Positions 28,314 through 37,405 of a stretch of DNA of 64,000 bases are shown here, one piece after another. The translations under genes and the position numbers were made by a program. Position 1 is the stretch's first letter, and each line of letters begins with the position of its first letter. Location: the NCBI GenBank assembly GCA_000276965.1, contig AKKQ01000002.1, forward strand, positions 1,537 through 65,536, written 5' to 3'. This DNA comes from Thiovulum sp. ES. Lineage in GTDB: Bacteria > Campylobacterota > Campylobacteria > Campylobacterales > Thiovulaceae. The notes under the pieces were generated by a model, which saw only the letters and a list, made by a program, of their open reading frames with translations, ran no database searches and was not told where the DNA came from.

Positions 28314-29726
28314 TTAAAGGTCAAAAGCTTTTATAATATTCTCTTCGGTTGGTTCAACAAAGAAATTATTTTTATACCAATTTGAGATTTCTAAAACTCT
28401 TTCAGGATTCTCTTTTCGATATTTTTTCAATTTCTGGATTGCAATTTCTAACTCTTCACGATTTGAAGCAAATTCCCAGATTTCACCCTGTCCAAACTCA
28501 ACAAGCGGATTTGCCGTCAAATTATTTTGAGACTCAATAATGACAACTGAAACTCCAACAGCAACACCTTCAACTGCTGTTCCAGATTCATCGGTAATCA
28601 TAATTTCTGATGTTTTGAACAAATCATATAAGTTTCCTGAAACAAGTTTAAAACTTTCTGGAATTTGAAATTCTGAAGCTTTTTGAGTTGGGTGTAATTT
28701 TAATTGCAATTTAGTATTTTTACAAATTTCAAATAAATTTATTGTTCTGTCTTTAAAATATGGTGTTAATAAAAGTATTTCTGACCTGTCTAAATTATTT
28801 TTAAATGCAAATAGATCTTTATATCTTAATGAAACACCAAGTTCTAAAAAATTATTTTTTATGTAATATTTACCATTTACTAATATTCGATGAGGTGCAG
28901 ATAAAGTTTTAAAATCCTCTTCAAAAATATAAGTATTGAAATAAGTTGGATAATTTATATAGAGTTGAGAACCAATTATCTCGGCTTTTCCATTTGCAGT
29001 TTTATACCCAAAGTTAAAACTTCTCTCAATTACTTGAAATTCATTCCATGAAATAATCTTTTTAAAATTCATTTCTGAAATATTTTTTCCTACAAAATAG
29101 CGACTAAAAGCTTCAAAGCTCTGGTTTCTTATATCTTTAATAATATGATAATTGAATTGTCTATTTTTATCTAAAAGAGTCAAGGTTTGAAATGGATAAA
29201 TAAATATTTGAAAGAATATTTTTGGCAAATCTGAAAATTTAACAATTTGAAAATCAAAAAGATATTTTTCATTTTTTAAAATATTTAAAATTCTAAAAAA
29301 AGATATTGGATTTATTCCTAATTTAAATATTCTAAGCAAATAAGAGTATTCGATATTTTTTTTATCAAGAACTTCTGGTAACCCTTGAAAATATTTATCA
29401 TAGAATTCATTTTTTTCTAAAACTTGTTCAGAAATCAAAAAAGTATCTATTAGAATATTTTTGTCTTTAATTTGCTTATTGAAGATAATTGAGAAAATAA
29501 TTTTATGAACTACAAAAAGAGAAAGCTTGAAACTCATTTTCAAATAAAAAATAAAAATAGATTTGAAAAATTCTATAAAAATATTATTCTTGCCCTCTAT
29601 TTTTAGGAAATAATTTTTTGGAAAATCTGAAACATATGGATTTGCAGTTAAAGTTGTATTTATAATTGCAAAGAAGTTTTTAGACTTCTTTTTATTTATA
29701 AAGTCAAAAAACTCTTTTAAATTCAT
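28314..29726 (-). CDS. Hypothetical protein; C-terminal third resembles the GT-B / TagF / KpsS-type transferase nucleotide-binding half
   Basis: 470 aa. The segment LKLHPTQK...LYDLFKTSEIMITDESGTAVEGVAVGVSVVII resembles the HP...D(Y)SS...E pattern of CDP-glycerol glycerophosphotransferase-like and capsule transferases. The N-terminal region is unassigned and very AT-rich. Confidence 0.35.
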   Translation of the reverse strand: MNLKEFFDFINKKKSKNFFAIINTTLTANPYVSDFPKNYFLKIEGKNNIFIEFFKSIFIFYLKMSFKLSLFVVHKIIFSIIFNKQIKDKNILIDTFLISEQVLEKNEFYDKYFQGLPEVLDKKNIEYSYLLRIFKLGINPISFFRILNILKNEKYLFDFQIVKFSDLPKIFFQIFIYPFQTLTLLDKNRQFNYHIIKDIRNQSFEAFSRYFVGKNISEMNFKKIISWNEFQVIERSFNFGYKTANGKAEIIGSQLYINYPTYFNTYIFEEDFKTLSAPHRILVNGKYYIKNNFLELGVSLRYKDLFAFKNNLDRSEILLLTPYFKDRTINLFEICKNTKLQLKLHPTQKASEFQIPESFKLVSGNLYDLFKTSEIMITDESGTAVEGVAVGVSVVIIESQNNLTANPLVEFGQGEIWEFASNREELEIAIQKLKKYRKENPERVLEISNWYKNNFFVEPTEENIIKAFDL

Positions 29727-30658
29727 TTATTTGCGGTAATAATAAGAGTATCACCTCTTTTATTCTTTTTTAGAATGTCTAAAAAATCACTATTTACTTT
29801 TTCAAAAAGTGAATTCATTTCTAGCTCAAAACTATTACTTCCACTAAAAAGTTTAGTATTTGTAGTGGCATCAACAAATCTCTTTTGTGGTTCGCCTGTA
29901 AAATACCAATTCAAATAATTTACGATGGTATATTCATGTCTATTTGCAACTTTAATATTTTTAAAACCAATCTTGTCTAAAAGTTTATAAATTGTTTCTT
30001 CATAAAAATAGCTGTAATGTGCTTTATGCCAAAAAAACTTATTAAACTTTTTTCTGTTTTCTTCAGGTAAAAAGAAATTTAAAGCCTCATTCCTATTTGG
30101 TAGTTCAAGATAAATTCGACCATCTTCTTTTAAAGATTTGTAAATTTCTTCTAAAACAGTTGTTGGATTTGGCATATGGTCAATTGCATTAATAGAAATA
30201 ATTAAGTCATATTGCTTTGGAAAGGATAGTTTTTCAAAAAATCCGTAATAAGCATAAATATTTAAACTTTTCATATATTCAACATAAGACTTATTTAGTT
30301 CAGTTGCAGATAGAGTAGAAACATTATCTTTGATTGCATAAAGCAATGAACCAGCACCTGCACCAATATCTAAAACATCATCTCCATCTTTAAGATAAGG
30401 ATTCAAATGAGAAATAAGATTGTCTAAAGTTTTAAATCTTTCTTCAAAATGTTCTTGAACTTCTATATCTGTTTCTTGCAAACTATTTGTTGCGGTATAA
30501 ATATCATTGTAGTATTCTTCTAATTCATCAGAATTCAATTCAATAGCTTGAAAAAAATGACCACAATCTTCGCATTGAACAATTAAACCCTCGCCTTCTC
30601 TAATTTCAGTAGCGATAGTTTTGTAATTTTCACTTTCACATAAATTACATTTTATCAT
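29723..30658 (-). CDS. Class I SAM-dependent methyltransferase with N-terminal zinc ribbon
   Basis: CNLCES...CEDCGH zinc ribbon, then SAM motif I VLDIGAGAGSLL and a post-I acidic residue. This architecture is seen in sugar C-/O-methyltransferases. Confidence 0.75.
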   Translation of the reverse strand: MIKCNLCESENYKTIATEIREGEGLIVQCEDCGHFFQAIELNSDELEEYYNDIYTATNSLQETDIEVQEHFEERFKTLDNLISHLNPYLKDGDDVLDIGAGAGSLLYAIKDNVSTLSATELNKSYVEYMKSLNIYAYYGFFEKLSFPKQYDLIISINAIDHMPNPTTVLEEIYKSLKEDGRIYLELPNRNEALNFFLPEENRKKFNKFFWHKAHYSYFYEETIYKLLDKIGFKNIKVANRHEYTIVNYLNWYFTGEPQKRFVDATTNTKLFSGSNSFELEMNSLFEKVNSDFLDILKKNKRGDTLIITANK

Positions 30659-31716
30659 CTATTATTCTCCAATATATTTATAAAGTTTTGCATATTTTCT
30701 AAATCAGAAACACCAATTCTTCTGTAATCTTTTAAAAACTCTTGAGAAAAGTTCCGTCTAATTAAAATAGAATTTTCTTTCAATTCTGACATAAACTCTT
30801 CTTCATTCTTAATTTCAAGTTTTGCAACTAAAAAATTTGAAACACTGTTACTGTATTCAAGACCCAATCGATTGAGTTCAGTTTTAAGAAACTCTAAACT
30901 TTTTAAAGTCTCTTTAATGTTTTTTTCAACTAGATCAAAATTATCTAAAAGAACAATTGAAGAATTGATTGCAAATTGACTCAATTCATGCATTGGTTTT
31001 ACTTTAGAAAGATTTGATATATTTGTTTCATTACTAATAATATAACCAACTCTAGCAGATGCTAAACCTATTGCCTTTGAAAATGTTCTTACAACAATTA
31101 GGTTTTGAAAACTGTTAATATATTTGCTCATTGTTGTATTAATAAAATGAAAATAAGCTTCATCAACAACAGCAAGAATATTTTTTTTCTCACACTCTTT
31201 TATTAGTTTTAATAAATTTTCTTCTGTCTGTTCAACTCCAAGAAAACCATTTGGGTTTTCAATTACAACCATCTTGGTTTTTAAAGTAATTTGAGAAATC
31301 ATCTTGTCAAAGTCTAATGAGAAATCTTTTTCAAAATTTATACTTTTAACAGTTGCACCAAACATTTTTGCATAAACTGAATACATTGCATATGATGGTT
31401 CATGTAAAACAATTTCATCTCCATCTTCTATATAAGTTTCAAATATTGATTTAATTGATTGATCAGACCCAGAATTAAAAAGCAAATTACTTATTTTAAC
31501 TTTTTCAAATTCTGCCATTTTTTTATAAAGTGGTAATGGTTCTGGATAAATCATCAACATCTCATCAGTAATTTTTTCTTTAATTTGATTTAGAATATCT
31601 CTATTAAATTCTAGTGTTCTCTCATTTCTATCAAGCCGAATTTTACTGTATCTACTTTCCGAGAGATTATCCCTCATTCTATATAAATCTTCTATATTTT
31701 TTTTAGGTTTAACCAT
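30655..31716 (-). CDS. Class I/II PLP-dependent aminotransferase or decarboxylase (HisC/CobD-like)
   Basis: 353 aa. The PLP-lysine context RTFSKAIGLASARVGY, NPNGF, and DEAY motifs are typical of the histidinol-phosphate aminotransferase family. Confidence 0.8.
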   Translation of the reverse strand: MVKPKKNIEDLYRMRDNLSESRYSKIRLDRNERTLEFNRDILNQIKEKITDEMLMIYPEPLPLYKKMAEFEKVKISNLLFNSGSDQSIKSIFETYIEDGDEIVLHEPSYAMYSVYAKMFGATVKSINFEKDFSLDFDKMISQITLKTKMVVIENPNGFLGVEQTEENLLKLIKECEKKNILAVVDEAYFHFINTTMSKYINSFQNLIVVRTFSKAIGLASARVGYIISNETNISNLSKVKPMHELSQFAINSSIVLLDNFDLVEKNIKETLKSLEFLKTELNRLGLEYSNSVSNFLVAKLEIKNEEEFMSELKENSILIRRNFSQEFLKDYRRIGVSDLENMQNFINILENNR

Positions 31717-32524
31717 AAAACTCCTTTAAACTTTCTAATGCACTTTGAAGATATAATGGATAATTATCGCCAGATTTATTTAAAATTTCACCACTAACAA
31801 AATTACTATAATTCACATCTTCTAATAATTTTTTTATTTGCTTATGTTTTTCAGCAAACTCATTTCCTAAAATTTCAAAATTTGGATTACTTGCATGAAC
31901 ATGTTTTATATATTTTGAATACTTAAATATCTTTTTTATATCTTCATCACTTTCAAAAATACTTTTAATATCTAGTTGAATAAATATATTTAAGAAAGTT
32001 TCATTTTCCAAAAGAGAAACACCTTCAAGAAAACTATTTAAATAATTACAATATGTTTTTGGAAGTGGTTCGATATGCAAAAACACATTATTGTTTTGTA
32101 AATTCTCATCAAGTTCTTTTAAGAATTCAATAAAAATCAAGTCAGCCTTTGCCTTAGAAATATTTTTAATATTTCTTGATTGTGCCGAACCAAACACAAT
32201 GTTTTTTGTTCCTAGTTTATTTGCAACTTTAATATAGAATTTAATATATTCAATAAGTTCATTTCTTGTATTGTCAAAAATATTTAAATCTGGTCTGGTA
32301 TAAGTTAGTGAATGAATAGCTGAAACAGAAATAGTTTCTAACTGCTTTTCCAACCATTGAAAGTCTTTTGCCGTCATATTCAATGGTTCTTCAAATATAG
32401 AATTTAAAGACAACTCAATTGCAAAAATTCCGTTCTTTTTTACTTCTTCGATGAATTTTGCAAATTCATTTTTTCCTTTTTTCCATATAATATTTGAAAT
32501 TGATATTTTCATATTTTGTTCCAA
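31709..32524 (-). CDS. Xylose-isomerase-like TIM-barrel protein (sugar phosphate isomerase/epimerase family)
   Basis: 271 aa with an alternating pattern: IELSLN, AIHSLTY, NIVFGSA, LHIEPLP, HVHASN. This is consistent with the AP-endonuclease-2/IolE-type TIM barrel. Assignment is moderate. Confidence 0.55.
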   Translation of the reverse strand: MEQNMKISISNIIWKKGKNEFAKFIEEVKKNGIFAIELSLNSIFEEPLNMTAKDFQWLEKQLETISVSAIHSLTYTRPDLNIFDNTRNELIEYIKFYIKVANKLGTKNIVFGSAQSRNIKNISKAKADLIFIEFLKELDENLQNNNVFLHIEPLPKTYCNYLNSFLEGVSLLENETFLNIFIQLDIKSIFESDEDIKKIFKYSKYIKHVHASNPNFEILGNEFAEKHKQIKKLLEDVNYSNFVSGEILNKSGDNYPLYLQSALESLKEFYG

Positions 32525-33396
32525 GCTTTAAAACTCTCTTTTCCCATAACTGTTCCAAGAACATCACAAGTTTTGCAAGGTGTAAAATTTCGATTACTAT
32601 TTGATAGGTTTTTTCTCATAGTTTCTAATTTTTTTCCTCTCCAAATATCCAAAATATTTTCATTTTGTAAATTTCCAAAAATCACACTTTTTTTCCAATC
32701 ATGCGGACAAAGTAAAACATCTCCGTTTAAATCAACCAAAATCATATAAAATGGATAAAAACATTTCTCTTTGATTGGAAGTTCTAAGATTTTTTCTTCA
32801 TTTTTATCTCGGAATTCATTTGAATCTATTAAACCAGCTCTGTTTGAAATCGTAATGCCATAATTTCCATTTTCCCAATATCGGCGACGAAGAACGACAA
32901 AATCTTTTGGAACTTCTGACTCTTTTTGCATATTTTCAAAAATATCAATTTGATGTTTTCCATCATACATACTTATATTAATTGTGTCTAGTCCAGCATC
33001 ATATAATTTTTTTAATTTTTTTGCAGTAACTAAATCTCCGTTTGAGACAATTTCAATTCGACAATTTTGTAAATTTTTTCTTGCAGTTGAAATAAGTTTT
33101 TCGATCTCTTTATGTAAAAGTGGCTCAGAAAATGCTGAAAAAAGAATTTTTCCAGAGTAATTTATTTCTTTTAAATCAAGTGTAATTTTTTCAAAAAGTT
33201 CTGGTGAAATTGCATCGTTACTTCTTATATAAACTTCAGGATTTGAAACAGGGCAAAATGAACAATCACGATTACAATTTCCTGTAATATTAAATTCAAG
33301 AATGGAGAAAAGTGGAAAATCATTTATAAATTTTAAATTATTTTTTACTATCGTATTTTTGCGGTTTGTGCTTTGATCTATAAACCTATTATTCAT
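32509..33396 (-). CDS. Radical SAM enzyme with C-terminal SPASM/twitch-like Cys-rich domain
   Basis: CNRDCSFC (CxxxCxxC) near the N-terminus. C-terminal cysteines lie in CFYPF...LLCPHDW...PCKTCD. Confidence 0.85.
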   Translation of the reverse strand: MNNRFIDQSTNRKNTIVKNNLKFINDFPLFSILEFNITGNCNRDCSFCPVSNPEVYIRSNDAISPELFEKITLDLKEINYSGKILFSAFSEPLLHKEIEKLISTARKNLQNCRIEIVSNGDLVTAKKLKKLYDAGLDTINISMYDGKHQIDIFENMQKESEVPKDFVVLRRRYWENGNYGITISNRAGLIDSNEFRDKNEEKILELPIKEKCFYPFYMILVDLNGDVLLCPHDWKKSVIFGNLQNENILDIWRGKKLETMRKNLSNSNRNFTPCKTCDVLGTVMGKESFKAWNKI

Positions 33397-33444
33397 TATT
33401 TTTTATTCCGTGGGATTCCACCTGAAAATTCAAGTGGAATTTTT

Positions 33445-33993
33445 TTATATTTGAGATAAAAACTCTCTCTTCACTTCAGAAAGTTTAAAATCCCCTTTGT
33501 ATGATGAAGTCGTTGTTTGGCTTCCGCACTTTTCAACTCCCCTCATTTCCATACACATATGTCGAGCTGTTACCACAACTCCGACACCTTTTGGAGAGAT
33601 AGCATTTTGAATTGCATTGGCAATTTGTTCAGTCATATTTTCCTGAATTTGCAATCTTCGTGCAAAAACATCAACAACTCTAGGCAATTTTGAAAGACCT
33701 GTTACTTTACCGTTTGGAATATAGCCGATTGAAGCAGTTCCAATAATCGGAAGCATGTGGTGTTCGCACATAGAGTAGAATTCAATGTTTTTGACAACAA
33801 CCATTTCATCATTAGTTGTTTCAAAAAGAGCAGAATTCAAAATTTTTTCAGGGTCTTTAGTGTAACCGCCGAGAATATGACCAAAAGCTTTTGCTACTCG
33901 ATGAGGTGTCTTAACTAGTCCTTCCCGTGCAGGATTTTCGCCGATTGCATGGAGTATCTCTTTTACAGACTCCTCGATTTTACCACTCTCCAT
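33445..33993 (-). CDS. folE: GTP cyclohydrolase I
   Basis: Carries the motifs [23 protein letters not shown] and [13 protein letters not shown] moved the start to ATG 33993; the ORF-track extension to 34071 overlaps the upstream ankyrin gene. Confidence 0.9.
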   Translation of the reverse strand: MESGKIEESVKEILHAIGENPAREGLVKTPHRVAKAFGHILGGYTKDPEKILNSALFETTNDEMVVVKNIEFYSMCEHHMLPIIGTASIGYIPNGKVTGLSKLPRVVDVFARRLQIQENMTEQIANAIQNAISPKGVGVVVTARHMCMEMRGVEKCGSQTTTSSYKGDFKLSEVKREFLSQI

Positions 33994-34009
33994 AAAATTA
34001 TCTTTCTTC

Positions 34010-34471
34010 TTAAAGGAATGAGAAGAAATCTTGTCTCCCGAATTTCTGTGCAAGTGCTTGTGCTGATGCACCTCTCATGTTGATAAGACCTTTGTTACAA
34101 CCTTTTTCAACAAGAATTTTTCCAAATTCAGCTTTGTCATCAACAACAGATTCCATGAGTGGAGTCCAGCCAACTTTATCAACAAAGTCTAGATTAGCAC
34201 CTTTTTCGATGAGGTAAAGGAAAACTTCCATTTTGCCAAATCGGATAGCGATGTGAAGAAGTGAAGAACCAAAATCTCCTTGCTCACTGCTATTTACATC
34301 GATTCCGTTTTCAATACAAGTCGTTACAGATTCTAAATCACCTTTTTTGATGAAATATTCAACAACAGAAAAATTATCTACTGAACCATCAACAAAACCA
34401 GCATTTTTAATTTTTTCAGTTTGTTCGTCATTTAAGAATGTGAAATTCTCTAAAACTTCAGTTAAAGTCAT
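34010..34471 (-). CDS. Ankyrin-repeat protein
   Basis: Repeats of the type [42 protein letters not shown]. Confidence 0.85.
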   Translation of the reverse strand: MTLTEVLENFTFLNDEQTEKIKNAGFVDGSVDNFSVVEYFIKKGDLESVTTCIENGIDVNSSEQGDFGSSLLHIAIRFGKMEVFLYLIEKGANLDFVDKVGWTPLMESVVDDKAEFGKILVEKGCNKGLINMRGASAQALAQKFGRQDFFSFL

Positions 34472-34542
34472 AAAGTCTTCCTTTTAGAAATTGGAGTTGT
34501 CCAATTTTGGACTATGCGAATTCTATCAAATTTGAGAATTTT

Positions 34543-35001
34543 TTAAAATTGCATTCCCATAACAGTAATGTCATCAATTTGCTCTTTTGAGCCAATAATT
34601 TTTTCCAACTCTTTTTTAATTTCTCTCCGTTGAACAGGAAAATCTAAATCTTTAATTCGGATAATTAAATCCTGAAAATGCTTTTTTCCATAATTTTCGC
34701 CAAGTCTCTCATCAAATTGGTCAGGAAAACCATCAGTTGCAATATAAACTTTCGTATTTGGTAAAAGTTCTATTGTTTCTTCAGAGAATTTGTGTTCCAT
34801 TTTTGTTCTGAAAAATCCAACATTTACACGATCACTTTTTGTAACGACGACCTCATCGTTATTTACAATATAGAGAGAAGTTTTTGCACCAGAAAAAGAT
34901 ATTTTATGAGAACCTCGTTTGTGATAAATAACTCCACCATCAAAACCAGCATTTGCAATTGCATCTTTTCTTGAGCGGAATTGTTTATCTTGTCTTAGCA
35001 T
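34543..35001 (-). pseudogene. C-terminal half of a PP2C/SpoIIE phosphatase (truncated paralogue)
   Basis: Aligns with the last ~150 aa of the REC-PP2C and FIST-PP2C proteins (GFDGGVIY, SFSGAKTSL, ATDGFPDQ, IDDITVMGMQF). It lacks the N-terminal GGDxY and DxxGHG metal-binding motifs. The sequence upstream of Met75 in the track ORF looks non-coding. Confidence 0.5.
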
Positions 35002-35409
35002 TATCTTGAATGATTTATTGAAAAACTCTAAAATATAAAAAAATTTGGAGTTAAGTTTGAATTTAAAGCCTCTTTTTATTTGGGTAAAAGAAAACGGTGA
35101 AGGTAGAGCTTTTGATCGTGTTTTGATGAAATCAGTTATCGAGTTAATAAAATTTGATACAAAAGTTACAGTTGCTGAATTAGAAAATTCCGAATCGTAC
35201 ATTATTGATGAAAATCTTTTCAATATTTTAAAAAAGAGAGTTGAGCAAATTGTTGGCGAAAAATTTGAGAGTTAAGGAAGTAAAATGGGTCTATTTGATA
35301 TAAATTTGTATGAATTTGACAGAGAACATAACTATTTAGAGATTGGTGGAGAGGCAATGATTTTTCACTGCCATCACTACATTGCAAATATTTTAAGAAC
35401 TATTTTAGC

Positions 35410-36279
35410 TTAAAAAACTTTTATGTATCTAGAATTTATGATTTTTCCGTGTAAAATTTTTCCGTCAAAACTTCGTACTTGAATTTCATCACCAATTCCG
35501 CCATCTTCCAAAGCTGTAACTTCAACTTCAATATATATAGCTCCATCTTGAATAAATCCTTTAAGGATAGAGCCTCGCTGAACAACTTTCATCTTTTCAA
35601 CAAGCCTACTTGTTAATTCGCGATCTTTTGGAATATATGTTTTTGCTTGAATCATTCCAAGTTGGTCTTCTGTAACATATTCGCTACGGAATCTTTCAAA
35701 TTTCATATCTGTCAAATAGCTATTTCTAGAATCGATTATTTCGTCTTTTCGGATTCTTTCTGAAGATTTCAGAACACGAATAGTTGCATTGAGAGAGTAT
35801 TTAAAATAGATTCTGTCATGATTCTCTGTTTCTAAATAGAAGTAACCTTGAGAGTGATGCAAATCTCTGCGACTAAAAATTATAGAATAATCTTCAGGCA
35901 TATTTTCAATGTCATATTTTGGAGTAACAGAGAGATTCTCAATTTCCATAAATGGATAAAAATCACTAAACTCATCATAAACAAAATTTTCTAATCTGTC
36001 TAAATCCAAATTATCAGGAACACGAATAAAACGAATACGACGATTTCCACCATCATCTAACTGAACACCATATTTCTTAAAATTGTCGATGAGGTCGCGA
36101 CTGCTTATAAAAATTTTATCCCTATTTTCTGGAACTTTGTAAATAAAAATCTCTTTTTGTAAGTTTGGAAAAATATCTTTGCTTGTAATTAAATTTGAAC
36201 GAAATGGGTAATCGCTTAAAAGTGTGTAAGAGAATAGAGAATTTATAAAAAAGAGAGTGAAGAGAAAAATACGATTCAT
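35410..36279 (-). CDS. flgA: Flagellar basal-body P-ring formation chaperone FlgA-like
   Basis: Signal peptide. The C-terminal SAF/ChapFlgA-like segment is VVQRGSILKGFIQDGAIYIEVEVTALEDGGIGDEIQVRSFDGKILHGKI. Confidence 0.6.
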   Translation of the reverse strand: MNRIFLFTLFFINSLFSYTLLSDYPFRSNLITSKDIFPNLQKEIFIYKVPENRDKIFISSRDLIDNFKKYGVQLDDGGNRRIRFIRVPDNLDLDRLENFVYDEFSDFYPFMEIENLSVTPKYDIENMPEDYSIIFSRRDLHHSQGYFYLETENHDRIYFKYSLNATIRVLKSSERIRKDEIIDSRNSYLTDMKFERFRSEYVTEDQLGMIQAKTYIPKDRELTSRLVEKMKVVQRGSILKGFIQDGAIYIEVEVTALEDGGIGDEIQVRSFDGKILHGKIINSRYIKVF

Positions 36280-36349
36280 TAAAAATCCTTTTTTTCGATT
36301 CTATCAATTTGAAAAAAATAGTTAAAATTAAAAAAATCGAGGAGATATT

Positions 36350-37327
36350 TTGAATCAGATTGAGAGCAAAGAGCTTTTTGACAAAATTTTTAGCGGAAAA
36401 ATGAGCGAGAGTGAAATTCTGGAAATTTTAATTTCACTACATCAAAAAGGAGAGACGGCAGAAGAGATTGCGGGAGCTATGGAATCTATGAGTTCGCATT
36501 CAGTAAAAGTTCTAGTTGATCCTGAATTTAGAGATAAAATTGTTGATAATTGCGGAACTGGTGGAGATAAAAGCAATAGTTTTAATATTTCAACAACAAC
36601 ATCATTTGTTCTTTCTGGTGCGGGAATGAGTGTTGCAAAACATGGAAATCGAAGTATTACCAGTCGTTCAGGGAGTGCGGATGTTCTTGAAAAATTAGGA
36701 TTTAATTTCAATCTTTCACCGATGCAACATGCGGTTCTTTTACAAAACAGCGGATTTACATTTATGTTTGCACAAAATCACCACCCTGCGATGAAATGGG
36801 TGATGCCTGTTCGGAAATCGCTACCTCATCGAACAATTTTTAATATTCTTGGACCACTCACAAATCCTGCGGGAGTAGAAAAGCAACTTGTTGGAGTTTT
36901 CCAAAAAGAGCTTTTAGAACCAGTCGGAAAAGCCTTAAAACTCGCTGGGAAAAAAAGCGGAATCGTTGTTAGTGGAGATGATGGACTCGATGAGGTCTCG
37001 ATTTCAGCAAATTCACAATATTTTAGATTTGATAAGGGTGAGTTTGGCGAAATTGTTCCTGAAAACTATGGACTAAAACGGGCGGACATTTCTGAAATTC
37101 GTGGCGGAGATTCTGATGAAAATGCAAAAATCCTACTCGGAATTCTAAATGGTGAAATCTCTGGAGCAAAACGGGATATTGCTCTTCTCAATTCTGCGGT
37201 CGCACTTTGGAGTTACAGAGAAGCAAGAGATATAAAAGAGGGACTTGAGATGAGTCGTGAATCTATTGACTCAAAAAAAGCATTACATCATTTCAACTTA
37301 TCAAAAGAGCTTTCACACACGATTTAA
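36350..37327 (+). CDS. trpD: Anthranilate phosphoribosyltransferase
   Basis: Carries CGTGGDKSNSFNISTTTSFVLSGAGMSVAKHGNRSITSRSGSADVLE. TTG start after GGAG. Confidence 0.9.
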   Translation: MNQIESKELFDKIFSGKMSESEILEILISLHQKGETAEEIAGAMESMSSHSVKVLVDPEFRDKIVDNCGTGGDKSNSFNISTTTSFVLSGAGMSVAKHGNRSITSRSGSADVLEKLGFNFNLSPMQHAVLLQNSGFTFMFAQNHHPAMKWVMPVRKSLPHRTIFNILGPLTNPAGVEKQLVGVFQKELLEPVGKALKLAGKKSGIVVSGDDGLDEVSISANSQYFRFDKGEFGEIVPENYGLKRADISEIRGGDSDENAKILLGILNGEISGAKRDIALLNSAVALWSYREARDIKEGLEMSRESIDSKKALHHFNLSKELSHTI

Positions 37328-37405
37328 ATTAATTTTTAACACTCTATAAGGAAAATCTCTTAATATTTCTATATAATCGTTGTGAAACACTATAAGGAGC
37401 TAAAA

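Noticed and set aside
28314-33396. Interpreting the radical SAM/SPASM cluster as a RiPP (peptide-maturation) locus.
   Set aside because: No plausible small precursor ORF lies next to the radical SAM gene; the 48-nt spacer to folE holds only a hairpin. The partners (TIM-barrel isomerase, HisC-like PLP enzyme, transferase-like protein) fit carbohydrate or small-molecule chemistry better. It is not excluded without a search.
33415-33440. The hairpin ATTCCAC-12 nt-GTGGAAT between folE and the radical SAM gene as a folE terminator.
   Set aside because: On the transcribed (-) strand the stem is not followed by a U-run, since the T-run lies on the other strand where no gene ends. This leaves read-through from folE into the cluster possible, so I did not list it as a terminator.
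35002-35223. The N-terminal 74 codons of the 226-aa track ORF (34543-35223) as part of the PP2C-like protein.
   Set aside because: The translation is low-complexity (SFKFKLNSKFFYILEFF) and has no counterpart in the two full-length paralogues. A more protein-like ORF runs on the opposite strand. I call only 34543-35001 as a truncated remnant.
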